DNA of 20,072 bases from Pseudobdellovibrionaceae bacterium (GTDB lineage Bacteria; Bdellovibrionota; Bdellovibrionia; Bdellovibrionales; Bdellovibrionaceae), in assembly GCA_041288045.1 (NCBI GenBank), contig JBGGMM010000213.1:1-20072 (forward strand), written 5' to 3'. The translations under genes and the position numbers were made by a program. Under the pieces are notes generated by a model. That model saw only the letters and a list, made by a program, of their open reading frames with translations, was not told the origin of the DNA and searched no databases. Of the stretch, positions 1 through 8,416 are shown piece after piece (within the stretch, counting starts at the first letter, position 1; each line of letters starts with the position of its first letter).

Positions 1-42
1 GATTTATGTGATATGACCAAGGCGGAGGTGGCGGCTTCTTAG
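1..42 (+). CDS. Possible 3' end of an upstream gene (partial)
   Basis: Frame 1 reads DLCDMTKAEVAAS to TAG at 40-42 and is followed by a GC-rich hairpin. Too short to identify. Confidence 0.3.
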   Translation, partial: DLCDMTKAEVAAS

Positions 43-70
43 CCGTTGATCTTCGCCGACACAAAAATCC

Positions 71-100
71 TGGGCGGCAGCAAATCCATTGCTCCGCCCA
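71..100 (+). terminator. GC-rich stem-loop (terminator-like or transcript-stabilising)
   Basis: TGGGCGG-c-AGCAA / atcca / TTGCT-CCGCCCA inverted repeat. No immediate U-tract on the + strand; an A-run precedes it. Confidence 0.4.
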
Positions 101-165
101 CCTAATCCCCTGAATTTTTATTCTTTACTTGCTCCTGGAAAGCAATCCGATTAGTTCTCAGTTCT

Positions 166-1383
166 ATGATGACAGTCATGGATTTCGTTCAATCTCTTCA
201 AGATTTAAAAAAGGCCCGTGATCAGTGGGCGCAAAAGGATATTTCCGAAAGATCAATGGCATTGATTCAAATCGCTGATGCCATGGCAAAAAATAAAAAT
301 CTGATTTTAAAGACTTCATTTGAAATTCAAAAAATGCCTCAGAATTTTCTGGCGCTTGAAGAAATCGATGCGTCAGTTCAAGTTTTTCAGAGTGTGGCTC
401 AGCAAAAGCCTCCGGAAGGGTTTTTACCACGACCCAGCGGTCTGGTCTCGATTCTCCTTCCCGAATTTTTCTCGGTTCGTATTCTTGCCGAGCGCTTGGC
501 GCCAGCACTGCTTGCCGGAAATGGGATTTTTGTTTTTTTTCCAAAATCTGTGTCCTCGCTTTTGAGTGTTTGGCAGAAAATTCTTCCAAGTGATCTCCCG
601 GTTCGTTTGTTCACTGGTGATGCCGAACTTGAGCAGGTCATGACAGCCCATCCTTCGATTCAGGCCGTCAGTTTTTATGGACTGCCCGAGCGAGCCGCGA
701 AGTTACCTCTGGCTGCTCTATCGGGGTCTTGGAAAAAATGGCAGGTCAGTGGGGGCTTTCATAATGCCGCATTGATTTTGAATGATGTGGACCTTTCACA
801 AGTAGCAACTCAATTGGCTGAAAGTTGCTTTGTCGGTATGGGGCAGCTCCCGTGGAATATCTCGACCATTTATGTGACCGAAAATTTAAGGCCGGATTTT
901 GAAAAGCTGTTTTTGTCTGCAGTCGAGGCATTGCCAGCGCAAACAGTGTCCGAAGCCACCTTTCAAAAAAACGAAAAATTGTTGGAACAATTTCAAAATG
1001 AAAAGGGAAAGATCTTGTTTGGTGGTCAGGCGGGTCAACCCACCTTGGTTGAAGACCACAGTCATTGCTCTGTTTTGCAGCAGGATTGCCTGTCGGCTCC
1101 GATCGTTTTGATTTCGCCGGTCAAGTATGCTCATGAGATGGTCAAATGGGCGAACACATCCTATTACGGAATGTATGCTCAGATTTTTGGTTCTGCAGAG
1201 AAGGTTGGAAAGTTTGCTTCGCAATTGGACGTTAGTCGGGTTGGAGCTAACAGCTGGATATCATCGATGCAAACCTTGCCTCAGGGATTGAAGCAGTCTT
1301 TTTTTGGAATTCCGGATTTACATTCATTTGCGGGGTTCTTTTCTGACATGCGAAAAATTGACGGGTCTGAATCAAAAAGCTGA
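166..1383 (+). CDS. Aldehyde dehydrogenase-fold protein, probably catalytically inactive
   Basis: ALDH landmarks: RPSGLVSIL, LAPALLAGN, HPSIQAVSFYG, GFHNAALI, GMGQ, WANTSYYGM, GLKQSFFG. Catalytic Cys, Glu and Asn positions are substituted. Confidence 0.8.
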   Translation: MMTVMDFVQSLQDLKKARDQWAQKDISERSMALIQIADAMAKNKNLILKTSFEIQKMPQNFLALEEIDASVQVFQSVAQQKPPEGFLPRPSGLVSILLPEFFSVRILAERLAPALLAGNGIFVFFPKSVSSLLSVWQKILPSDLPVRLFTGDAELEQVMTAHPSIQAVSFYGLPERAAKLPLAALSGSWKKWQVSGGFHNAALILNDVDLSQVATQLAESCFVGMGQLPWNISTIYVTENLRPDFEKLFLSAVEALPAQTVSEATFQKNEKLLEQFQNEKGKILFGGQAGQPTLVEDHSHCSVLQQDCLSAPIVLISPVKYAHEMVKWANTSYYGMYAQIFGSAEKVGKFASQLDVSRVGANSWISSMQTLPQGLKQSFFGIPDLHSFAGFFSDMRKIDGSESKS

Positions 1384-1390
1384 CACTCTC

Positions 1391-1597
1391 TCAATTTAAA
1401 GTGTAATTTTTGGCGCGAGTTCGCATATCACATTGAGGGCAGTAGGCCTCTTCTTTGATTTCAACAGAGTCTTCAGAGCGAACATGGCGAAGCTCAAGGA
1501 CGCTGGAACACAAAATACAATTATTGTGGGCTTGAATGAATTCTCGGTGATTGCTTGTTTCGACTCTTTCAAAATATTGAACTTTGCCAAACTCCAT
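1391..1597 (-). CDS. Small Zn-ribbon-like hypothetical protein (68 aa)
   Basis: Two CxxC motifs (CILC, CPQC). ATG at 1597 is preceded by SD-like GAAGGA. Confidence 0.7.
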   Translation of the reverse strand: MEFGKVQYFERVETSNHREFIQAHNNCILCSSVLELRHVRSEDSVEIKEEAYCPQCDMRTRAKNYTLN

Positions 1598-1678
1598 TTT
1601 TCTTCCTTCTGTGTGATGATAATGGAGTTTCATTGCAAATCGCGGACTCAGGACGAAGGACGGAAGGAATGGCGAAAA

Positions 1679-1927
1679 CTATCCAAGGCCTAGAATTTTT
1701 TTCAGCTGCTCTCTTCGTTCTTCGAGAAGAAGATCGATGATTTCTTCGCAGGCAATTTCATAGAGATCTATGAATAATCGAAGCGACTTAAGAGGGACTT
1801 TTGAGACGCCCCTCTCGATGTTGGAGATAAATTGCGGTGATCCGTAACCTAACTTCAAGGCCACTTGGGCCTGTGTCAAGCCTTTGGCTTCCCGCTTTTC
1901 ACGGAGGAAGTTCCCCATTTTTTTCAT
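1679..1927 (-). CDS. XRE-family helix-turn-helix transcriptional regulator (82 aa)
   Basis: LREKREAKGLTQAQVALKLGYGSPQFISNIERG is a typical HTH_3 motif. SD AGGAG precedes ATG at 1927. Confidence 0.88.
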   Translation of the reverse strand: MKKMGNFLREKREAKGLTQAQVALKLGYGSPQFISNIERGVSKVPLKSLRLFIDLYEIACEEIIDLLLEERREQLKKILGLG

Positions 1928-2018
1928 GTCGCAGCTCCTGGGACGTAATGAAATATTACGATGAGAGAAGCGCGAAATGTTTCGTGGGTTCTTCACTAAA
2001 AGGCTAGCTTCGGTCTAG

Positions 2019-3116
2019 CTAGCTCAATTTGTCGTAGTTTGTCAGAAGCTCTTCTTCGGATTTGTACTTTTGTAAACCCAGTTGGATGAGTTCAGTGATC
2101 AGCTGCGTGTACTTCAGGCCACTTGCTTCCCACATTTTAGGATACATACTGATTTTGGTAAAGCCCGGAATGGTATTGATTTCGTTAATGTAAGCTTCGC
2201 CGTTCTTTTTCAAAAAGAAATCCACTCGGCTGAGCCCATCACAGCCCATCACTTGAAAAGTCCGACAGGCAATAGCCTGAATGTTCTGAAGTTCCGTCGC
2301 AGTGATTTTCGCTGGAATCTGCAGGTCAGCTCCATTGTCGTCCACGTATTTGGCTTCGTAGGAGTAAAATTCATGAGTGGGTTTGATTTCACCTGCGACT
2401 GAAGCCTTGGGAGCATGATTCAAACCCATCACCGAAACTTCAATTTCCCGTCCTTCCATAAATTCCTCAGCCAAAACTTTGTGGTCGTAAAGAAAAGCGT
2501 CTTTGATCTTCGTTTCAAAATCAGATTGGGTTTTGATTTTGTGCACTCCCACTGAAGATCCAGCATTGGCGGGCTTGATGAAAAAAGGCAGGCCCAGGGA
2601 TTTTTTCAAATCGTCGAAAGACTGGGGCTGATATGAATAGATGACTTCATATTTAGCAGAAGGGATGTGGGCTTCTTTTAAAAGTCGCTTCATCACCTCT
2701 TTATCCATTCCCATCGAAGAGCCAAGGACTCCGCAGCCAACAAAGGGGAGATTGGCCATTTTAAAAAGCCCTTGAATGCAACCATCTTCTCCAAAGGTCC
2801 CATGCAGAACGGGAAAGGCCACATCCACGGACAAAGTTTCTTTGCTCTCGAGACTGAAAATGAGAGGTTTACCCTTGAGGCAGATCAAAGAGACAGGATC
2901 CGCTTGTGCCGGCAGTTTGGAATCGCTGAGGGCTGTCAGAGTGTCGAAAATTTTTGTATCTGGAAATCGGTACCAGGTTCCTTGTTTGCTGATTCCAACC
3001 AAAATCAAATCAAACAGATTCAGATCCAAAGCGGCGGCGACGTTTTTCGCTGAACGGACAGAGACTTCGTGTTCAGCGGATCGGCCTCCAAAGAGAATGA
3101 CAACTTTTTTCTTCAC
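2019..3116 (-). CDS. ddl: D-alanine--D-alanine ligase
   Basis: Motifs [59 protein letters not shown]. Confidence 0.96.
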   Translation of the reverse strand: MKKKVVILFGGRSAEHEVSVRSAKNVAAALDLNLFDLILVGISKQGTWYRFPDTKIFDTLTALSDSKLPAQADPVSLICLKGKPLIFSLESKETLSVDVAFPVLHGTFGEDGCIQGLFKMANLPFVGCGVLGSSMGMDKEVMKRLLKEAHIPSAKYEVIYSYQPQSFDDLKKSLGLPFFIKPANAGSSVGVHKIKTQSDFETKIKDAFLYDHKVLAEEFMEGREIEVSVMGLNHAPKASVAGEIKPTHEFYSYEAKYVDDNGADLQIPAKITATELQNIQAIACRTFQVMGCDGLSRVDFFLKKNGEAYINEINTIPGFTKISMYPKMWEASGLKYTQLITELIQLGLQKYKSEEELLTNYDKLS

Positions 3117-3142
3117 GATGAAATCCTTTTTGTAGGTTTAGA

Positions 3143-3796
3143 TTATGCCATCTCAATGAATTCTTTGACTAGCCCAGAAATTCCCTGAAAAACTTCATGC
3201 GGCTTGGCTTTTTGCATATAGGCCGGAGAAGTCACCACTTTGTGATGGCGATCTGTGATGTAATCTGTCACTGGGCAGGCCTCGTGCTGGGCGCCCATCT
3301 TTTCAACTTCTTTGGCGATTTCGGGATTGGTCCCAAGTGTGATTGTGACTTGTTGTGGGCCAAGAACTTTGGCCAGCAAAGTGGGTGCGATGCAAATGGC
3401 AGCAATGGGTTTGCTCTGTTTATAAAAATCAAGAATGACTTTTTCGACTTGAGGATGAACTTTGCAATTGGCTCCAGCTTCAGCCCAATTGGAAAGATGC
3501 AAGGCAGCTCCAAAGCCACCGGGAAATGCCAAGCCATCAAAATGGTCCGCATTCAAATCCTGAAGGTCCTGCATTTCGCTGCGACTGATGCGGGCGGCCT
3601 CGACCATCAAATTTCTTTTTTCTGATAAAGCTTCTCCGGTCAGAAAATTTCGCGGAGTGAACTCTATATTGGGAGCAAAGTAAGTGATTTCCGCTCCCCA
3701 GGATGACAAGCCGACAATCAAGCTGACAGCTTCGGTGATCTCAGTTCCATCTTTGTTTCCACAACCGGATAAAACGACAGCTATTTTCTTTGCCAT
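3143..3796 (-). CDS. elbB: ElbB/ES1-type glyoxalase (DJ-1/PfpI superfamily)
   Basis: Motifs KKIAVVLSGCG..DGTEITEAV, RNLMVEAARISR, PGGFGAA, ICIAP, VVTSPAYM. SD GGAGG. Confidence 0.92.
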   Translation of the reverse strand: MAKKIAVVLSGCGNKDGTEITEAVSLIVGLSSWGAEITYFAPNIEFTPRNFLTGEALSEKRNLMVEAARISRSEMQDLQDLNADHFDGLAFPGGFGAALHLSNWAEAGANCKVHPQVEKVILDFYKQSKPIAAICIAPTLLAKVLGPQQVTITLGTNPEIAKEVEKMGAQHEACPVTDYITDRHHKVVTSPAYMQKAKPHEVFQGISGLVKEFIEMA

Positions 3797-3861
3797 GAGA
3801 CCTCCTTGGAGATCCCATATTAGAACTTCTCAAGATCAGAGTCGACGATTGACTGGAAAAG

Positions 3862-4740
3862 TTAGGGGCTTGTTGTGCTGCCGTGTTGAAAATCGCGGAT
3901 ATCGGCACATTGTTGAATAGGGATCACTTGAGTCATGGATCCGCTTTCGATTTCCATCCAAGTTTTAGCACAGGATTGAATTTGGTTGCTAGGGGCCATG
4001 CTGCTGGGTGAATCCCAATCTGCAATGTAGGTTGGAATATCGGCGCTGTAGGTAAAGGTAAAAGCAGTTTTTATTCCCTTGTCTGGTCGATCCCAGATCA
4101 CGCGATCGAAACTAACTCGGACATAGCGAAGCCCCTTATCGCAGTTTTGAACTCCACCGCATTTCCCATCTTGGTGATTTTTAACCAGAAGGGGAACTGG
4201 CATGTAACCGTCCTCCCGCTTGAGATTGTGGTAAGTGACTTTTGTTGGACTCTGTTCGTCTTCGGCTTGCAGGCCTTTGAGTGAATAGATATTCATTTTT
4301 TTATCGGTGACTGAAAGAGCTGTGCCAGAGATTGCTGCTATCGCTGTCGATGGATCTTTTTCCATCCCGATATCGTAGACGTCTTTTGTCTGCTTCCATG
4401 TCCCGGATGAATCTACCAACTGATTTTGAGTGACATGAAATTGCCAATCGATGCGCTCAGATGTCTCGGTTCTTTCTAAAATCTCATCCAGGCGCTGCAA
4501 CATCGTCAGCGGCGGTTGGCCGTCGATCGACTGAGTGACATCCAGAGAAATATACTGGCCCTTTTTCATTTCAAGCGGCTCCGCTGGCATGTCATCATTG
4601 ATGGCGCTGATAATCTCATTCACATTCACTTCAGGCCCGTAATTCGGAGTGTGATCCGGTTTTTTCATGCAACCCAGAAAGCCGAGCAAAAGCAGCGGCA
4701 AAATGATAATCAAAAGCGATAGGCAAATTCTTTTTTTCAT
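3862..4740 (-). CDS. Hypothetical lipoprotein
   Basis: MKKR, a hydrophobic stretch, then lipobox-like FLGC. The start overlaps the stop of the upstream GNAT gene (ATGA), which favours 4740 over 4764. Confidence 0.75.
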   Translation of the reverse strand: MKKRICLSLLIIILPLLLLGFLGCMKKPDHTPNYGPEVNVNEIISAINDDMPAEPLEMKKGQYISLDVTQSIDGQPPLTMLQRLDEILERTETSERIDWQFHVTQNQLVDSSGTWKQTKDVYDIGMEKDPSTAIAAISGTALSVTDKKMNIYSLKGLQAEDEQSPTKVTYHNLKREDGYMPVPLLVKNHQDGKCGGVQNCDKGLRYVRVSFDRVIWDRPDKGIKTAFTFTYSADIPTYIADWDSPSSMAPSNQIQSCAKTWMEIESGSMTQVIPIQQCADIRDFQHGSTTSP

Positions 4741-5825
4741 ACTGAATCCCAACCCCAGACCCACATGGGAAGCGGTAAAAATTTTGAAATTTTGATCAAG
4801 CTTTCTTTTTTCAAATGCGGAATTTCTACAGCAGGTCCAAACAGAAGCCGGATCAGATCTTTTTCATCAGAAATAACCAGCAGATCACTGGCAAAACCAA
4901 AACAAAAATCATCGCCTCTTTTTTCAAGCACAAAATCATTGAGTCCCAGGGACCGGGCGGCTCGCTTGATTTTCTGAAAGAATGATTCCATGGAAACGAT
5001 CTTGATCATTCCTAAAAATCCTTGATTGGCCACGACTCCTGGAAGCGATCTTAAATTTCGAACTAAATTGGCCGAATGTTCAGAAGTAATCACAGTGAAA
5101 GAGGATTTTCGCTCTTTGCGAATATGACTGAAAAGCGCCATGAGGTGAGGAACAGAGCCTCCCCATTCATGGATGTATCCAGTGAGGTCAGCGCCTTTGC
5201 CTTCAATCGCGTAGGCCACCAGTTGATTGTTTGGATCCCAGGCAGTGTACGCCACAGTTTGCGGAATTTGTAAAAATTTTCGGATGTCTTCGGCAGTTCG
5301 AACCGAAGTCACAGTGTGCTGTGAATAAAGTCGAAGGATCGCTTCTGGAGAGATTTGCTGCCCTTGATGGAAGCGGAGTTGATGGGCGGGGACTTCAAAT
5401 TCATTTTCAATGACGAAAGACATTTCAGTTCCCGCCAATTCAAAATTCATTTTCTGGTAAAATTCGTAGAGGTCAGTCCACAACATGGCGACATCGCAGT
5501 CTTGGTTGCGAGCTTCTTGCAAACAGTCTTCAAGAATTTTTCGACTGAGACCCTGATTGCGGTAATTGCTTTCAGTGACGACGCTTCCAATTGCTCCGAC
5601 TTTGAGCACAGCCAGCGGTGTGCGGATCATCAAAGGCTTTAGTACTGCATGTGAGAGAACTTTTTGGGCATCGACAATAATCCGAATGTTGTGGAGATTG
5701 GCAAGACTGAGTGCCGTTGGGTACTCATTGGCCAGCGACCAAGTCGAACTGGGGCGCAGCTCTTGGTGCAAAAAATCCAGGACTTGTGGGTACTCAGTTT
5801 CTCTCGGCGGGCGAGGACCTTCCAT
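4737..5825 (-). CDS. GNAT-family N-acetyltransferase (Eis-like architecture)
   Basis: Motif A IGSVVTESNYRNQGLSRKIL and downstream EFYQKMNF. SD GGAGGT precedes ATG at 5825. Confidence 0.85.
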   Translation of the reverse strand: MEGPRPPRETEYPQVLDFLHQELRPSSTWSLANEYPTALSLANLHNIRIIVDAQKVLSHAVLKPLMIRTPLAVLKVGAIGSVVTESNYRNQGLSRKILEDCLQEARNQDCDVAMLWTDLYEFYQKMNFELAGTEMSFVIENEFEVPAHQLRFHQGQQISPEAILRLYSQHTVTSVRTAEDIRKFLQIPQTVAYTAWDPNNQLVAYAIEGKGADLTGYIHEWGGSVPHLMALFSHIRKERKSSFTVITSEHSANLVRNLRSLPGVVANQGFLGMIKIVSMESFFQKIKRAARSLGLNDFVLEKRGDDFCFGFASDLLVISDEKDLIRLLFGPAVEIPHLKKESLIKISKFLPLPMWVWGWDSV

Positions 5826-5913
5826 GGCCACCTCCAACCCCTTCATTTTAGCGGGTCTTCGAGTCAGAGCTCAGGCCAGTTTATCCATTCCCAACCGAAT
5901 CAAGACCCATGTC

Positions 5914-5942
5914 TGGACAAGTCAGGGAAAACCCGATAAAGT
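5914..5942 (+). promoter_or_regulatory. Putative sigma-70 promoter of the ferredoxin-nth-thiBPQ operon
   Basis: TGGACA (5914-5919) - 17 nt - TAAAGT (5937-5942) in the divergent intergenic region. Confidence 0.45.
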
Positions 5943-5984
5943 CCCTACTTCCCAGTCGAAGCTAGGTTTTGGGAGGAGTGGCAG

Positions 5985-6218
5985 ATGGCCGATATCGCTC
6001 AGAAATGGAAAGAAAACACCCCAGGCAAAATGTTTGTCGATCAAACATGCATTGCATGTGATGCCTGTGTTTTGGCTGCTCCGAACAATTTCAAGATGCA
6101 AGAAGAAGATGGTCACGCTTATGTCGCGAAACAGCCAGAATCTCCAGACGAAGAAGCCGCTTGTAAAGAAGCAATGGAAGGCTGCCCCGTCGAAGCCATC
6201 GGCGACTTCGGTAGCTAA
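5985..6218 (+). CDS. Ferredoxin (single-cluster Fe-S type)
   Basis: VDQTCIACDAC (CxxCxxC) and a distal CPVEAI. Acidic 77-aa protein with strong SD GGAGGAG. Confidence 0.92.
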   Translation: MADIAQKWKENTPGKMFVDQTCIACDACVLAAPNNFKMQEEDGHAYVAKQPESPDEEAACKEAMEGCPVEAIGDFGS

Positions 6219-6891
6219 AAAGCGAACTCTTCGCCAGACCAAAGTCTCTGGCCCCAAGCGACCAGCTCCAGTCCAGGAAACTCTGGCTTTGCTTCAAAGA
6301 TATTATCCAGATGCTCATTGTGAACTGAACTTCGAAACTCCCTTTCAGCTTTTAATTGCGACAATTCTTTCTGCTCAGTGCACAGATGAGCGAGTGAATA
6401 AAGTCACGCCCCATCTTTTTGCTCGATTTCCTTCGGCCTTTGAAATGGCCAAAGCCCAACCTGAAGCTATGGAAGAAATCATTCGCTCGACGGGTTTTTT
6501 TAAGAATAAAGCCCGAAACATAAAAAAATGTTGCGAAGTTCTGGTTGAGAAATTCAAAGGGGAAGTTCCCCAACAGTTGGAAGATTTGACTGAGCTGTCA
6601 GGAGTTGGACGGAAAACAGCTAATGTTGTGTTAGGCAATGCCTATGGAATCACCAGCGGCATCGTGGTTGACACCCATGTTACGCGTCTCTCTAATCGCT
6701 TGGGTTGGACCCGGACTGAAAACGCTGTGATCATTGAGCAGGATTTACAGAAAATCATCCCTCATGAACATTGGGTTCAGTTCTCGCATTGGCTCATCAC
6801 TCATGGCCGGCGGGTCTGCAAAGCTCGAAAGCCTGCCTGCGACACATGCTTTTTGTTTGAACAATGTCCCAAAATTTTGAAAAATAAGTAG
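6121..6891 (+). CDS. nth: Endonuclease III (start codon uncertain)
   Basis: Motifs PFQLLIATILSAQCTDERVN, HhH LSGVGRKTANVVL, VDTHV, and C-terminal Fe-S motif CKARKPACDTCFLFEQC. The nearest in-frame ATG (6121) lies inside the ferredoxin gene; an alternative TTG is at 6289. Confidence 0.93.
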   Translation: MSRNSQNLQTKKPLVKKQWKAAPSKPSATSVAKKRTLRQTKVSGPKRPAPVQETLALLQRYYPDAHCELNFETPFQLLIATILSAQCTDERVNKVTPHLFARFPSAFEMAKAQPEAMEEIIRSTGFFKNKARNIKKCCEVLVEKFKGEVPQQLEDLTELSGVGRKTANVVLGNAYGITSGIVVDTHVTRLSNRLGWTRTENAVIIEQDLQKIIPHEHWVQFSHWLITHGRRVCKARKPACDTCFLFEQCPKILKNK

Positions 6892-6895
6892 CTGT

Positions 6896-7378
6896 ATGTT
6901 TGTGGCTTTTTTTGAGAGCGTAAAATATGTCGGGCATCTTTTGCCGATTTCGTTTCTGCGAGTTTTCCTCGGCTATTACTATTTGCAACAAGCTTTGGCT
7001 CGTTTTCAGGGGGATTTTCTGACTCGCCCTCGGTTGGCTGCTCAGATCGGGGAGGCTCTCCCTAATCTGCAAGTTCCGGATTGGTACCGTGTTTTCCTAG
7101 AAACTGTGGTTATTCCGCAGTGGCAAGTGTTTGCTTTTTTGATTTTGGGATTGGAATTCGCAATTTCCATTTCGTATATCCTTGGCTATGTGGTCCGCCC
7201 AGTGGCTTTGATCGGTATGGCGCTATCCTTTTACTCTTTGGTTCTTTCAGGTCCTCAATATGAAGACCTGTTTAAAACTTTCATTGCCATTCATTTCGTG
7301 ATGGCCTGGATCGGCGCCGGACGATGTCTGGGCATGGATTATTATTTCTTCAAGCGTCGACGCGGAATTTGGTGGTAA
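6896..7378 (+). CDS. DoxX/DoxD-family membrane protein
   Basis: About four hydrophobic segments with the pattern FLRVFLG...LEFAI...GAGRCLGMD. Confidence 0.75.
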   Translation: MFVAFFESVKYVGHLLPISFLRVFLGYYYLQQALARFQGDFLTRPRLAAQIGEALPNLQVPDWYRVFLETVVIPQWQVFAFLILGLEFAISISYILGYVVRPVALIGMALSFYSLVLSGPQYEDLFKTFIAIHFVMAWIGAGRCLGMDYYFFKRRRGIWW

Positions 7379-7381
7379 GCG

Positions 7382-8416
7382 GTGAAGAATTTTTTGATTT
7401 TCCTGCTTTTGATCTTCGGTGGTCTTTTTTCTGCCATCGTTTTGAAGAAAAATTCTGACAGCGGCAAGGACACAAGGCCTGTTTTAAAAGTGTTTGCAGC
7501 TTCTAGCTTTATTTCTCAGTGGGGACCTGGTCCCTGGTTGAAAGAAGCGTTTGAAAAAACCTGTGAATGCCGAGTTGAGTTTCAAGACGGTGCAGATTCG
7601 ACCATTCTTTTGCAAAGGCTGAAATCAGAAGGTCGAACTGGTGGTGCTGATGTGGTGCTGGGATTTGATCAGTACGATTTGGAACTGGCCCAGCAGGGAA
7701 TTGAATGGAGAAAGCTTTCGCTTGAAGATGTGGATTTTGATGAGCGAGTCCGCTCGGTTTTGGTCCGCAGTCCACTCGTTCCCTATGATTGGAGCCTGCT
7801 TTCTTTCGTTGTCAGAAAAAGTGATTTCAGTGTGCTTCCCAAAAAGCTGGATGATCTGATGAAGCCTGAACTGCGCGGTCAAATCGTCATGGAAGATCCT
7901 AGAACCAGCTCTCCAGGATTGCAGTTTTTGCTTTGGCTGATTCAATTGAAGGGTGAAGAAAAAGCTTTTCAATTTTTAGCGGCTTTCAATCAGCAGCTTC
8001 ACTCTTATGCTCCCAGCTGGTCAACGGCTTATGGCCTTTTTCAAAAAGCTCAAGTGAAAACCACATTTTCTTATGTGACTTCGCCTGTCTATCATTTGGT
8101 GGAGGATAAATCCACCGACGTGATCGCGCTTGAGATGGCAGAAGGCCATCCCGCCCAATTTGAATTTGGCGGGGTTCCGGCCACCTGTCGCAATTGTGAG
8201 CTGGCCGAGCGGTTTTTGGCTTTGGTTCTTTCGAAAGAGGGACAAAAAGTCATTATGGAAAAGAACTATATGTTTCCTGTGGTGAACGGTGTTCAAGAGG
8301 GAACTGTTTTTGCTTCCATCCCCAAATACAAAATGACCGAGCTTTCCGTCATTCCTTCCGTTTCAGACCGAGAGCGCATTTTAAAAAAATGGGCCGCTCT
8401 TCGTCGGGGAGAGTGA
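7382..8416 (+). CDS. thiB: Thiamine ABC transporter substrate-binding protein
   Basis: Motifs SFISQWGPGP, ADVVLGFD, EDPRTSSPGLQFLLW, WSTAYGLF, SYVTSPVYH, NYMFPV. Confidence 0.9.
   Translation: MKNFLIFLLLIFGGLFSAIVLKKNSDSGKDTRPVLKVFAASSFISQWGPGPWLKEAFEKTCECRVEFQDGADSTILLQRLKSEGRTGGADVVLGFDQYDLELAQQGIEWRKLSLEDVDFDERVRSVLVRSPLVPYDWSLLSFVVRKSDFSVLPKKLDDLMKPELRGQIVMEDPRTSSPGLQFLLWLIQLKGEEKAFQFLAAFNQQLHSYAPSWSTAYGLFQKAQVKTTFSYVTSPVYHLVEDKSTDVIALEMAEGHPAQFEFGGVPATCRNCELAERFLALVLSKEGQKVIMEKNYMFPVVNGVQEGTVFASIPKYKMTELSVIPSVSDRERILKKWAALRRGE

Noticed and set aside
43..120. tRNA or other stable RNA gene at the left edge
   Set aside because: Only one hairpin is visible, with no cloverleaf or T-loop motif.
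2019..3116. Vancomycin-resistance-type D-Ala-D-Lac ligase
   Set aside because: The omega loop reads YSYEAKY, typical of D-Ala-D-Ala ligases, and there are no van genes nearby.
5566..6120. 441-aa N-terminally extended Nth from the ORF track
   Set aside because: The extension overlaps the GNAT gene antisense and the divergent promoter region, and shows no recognisable protein features.
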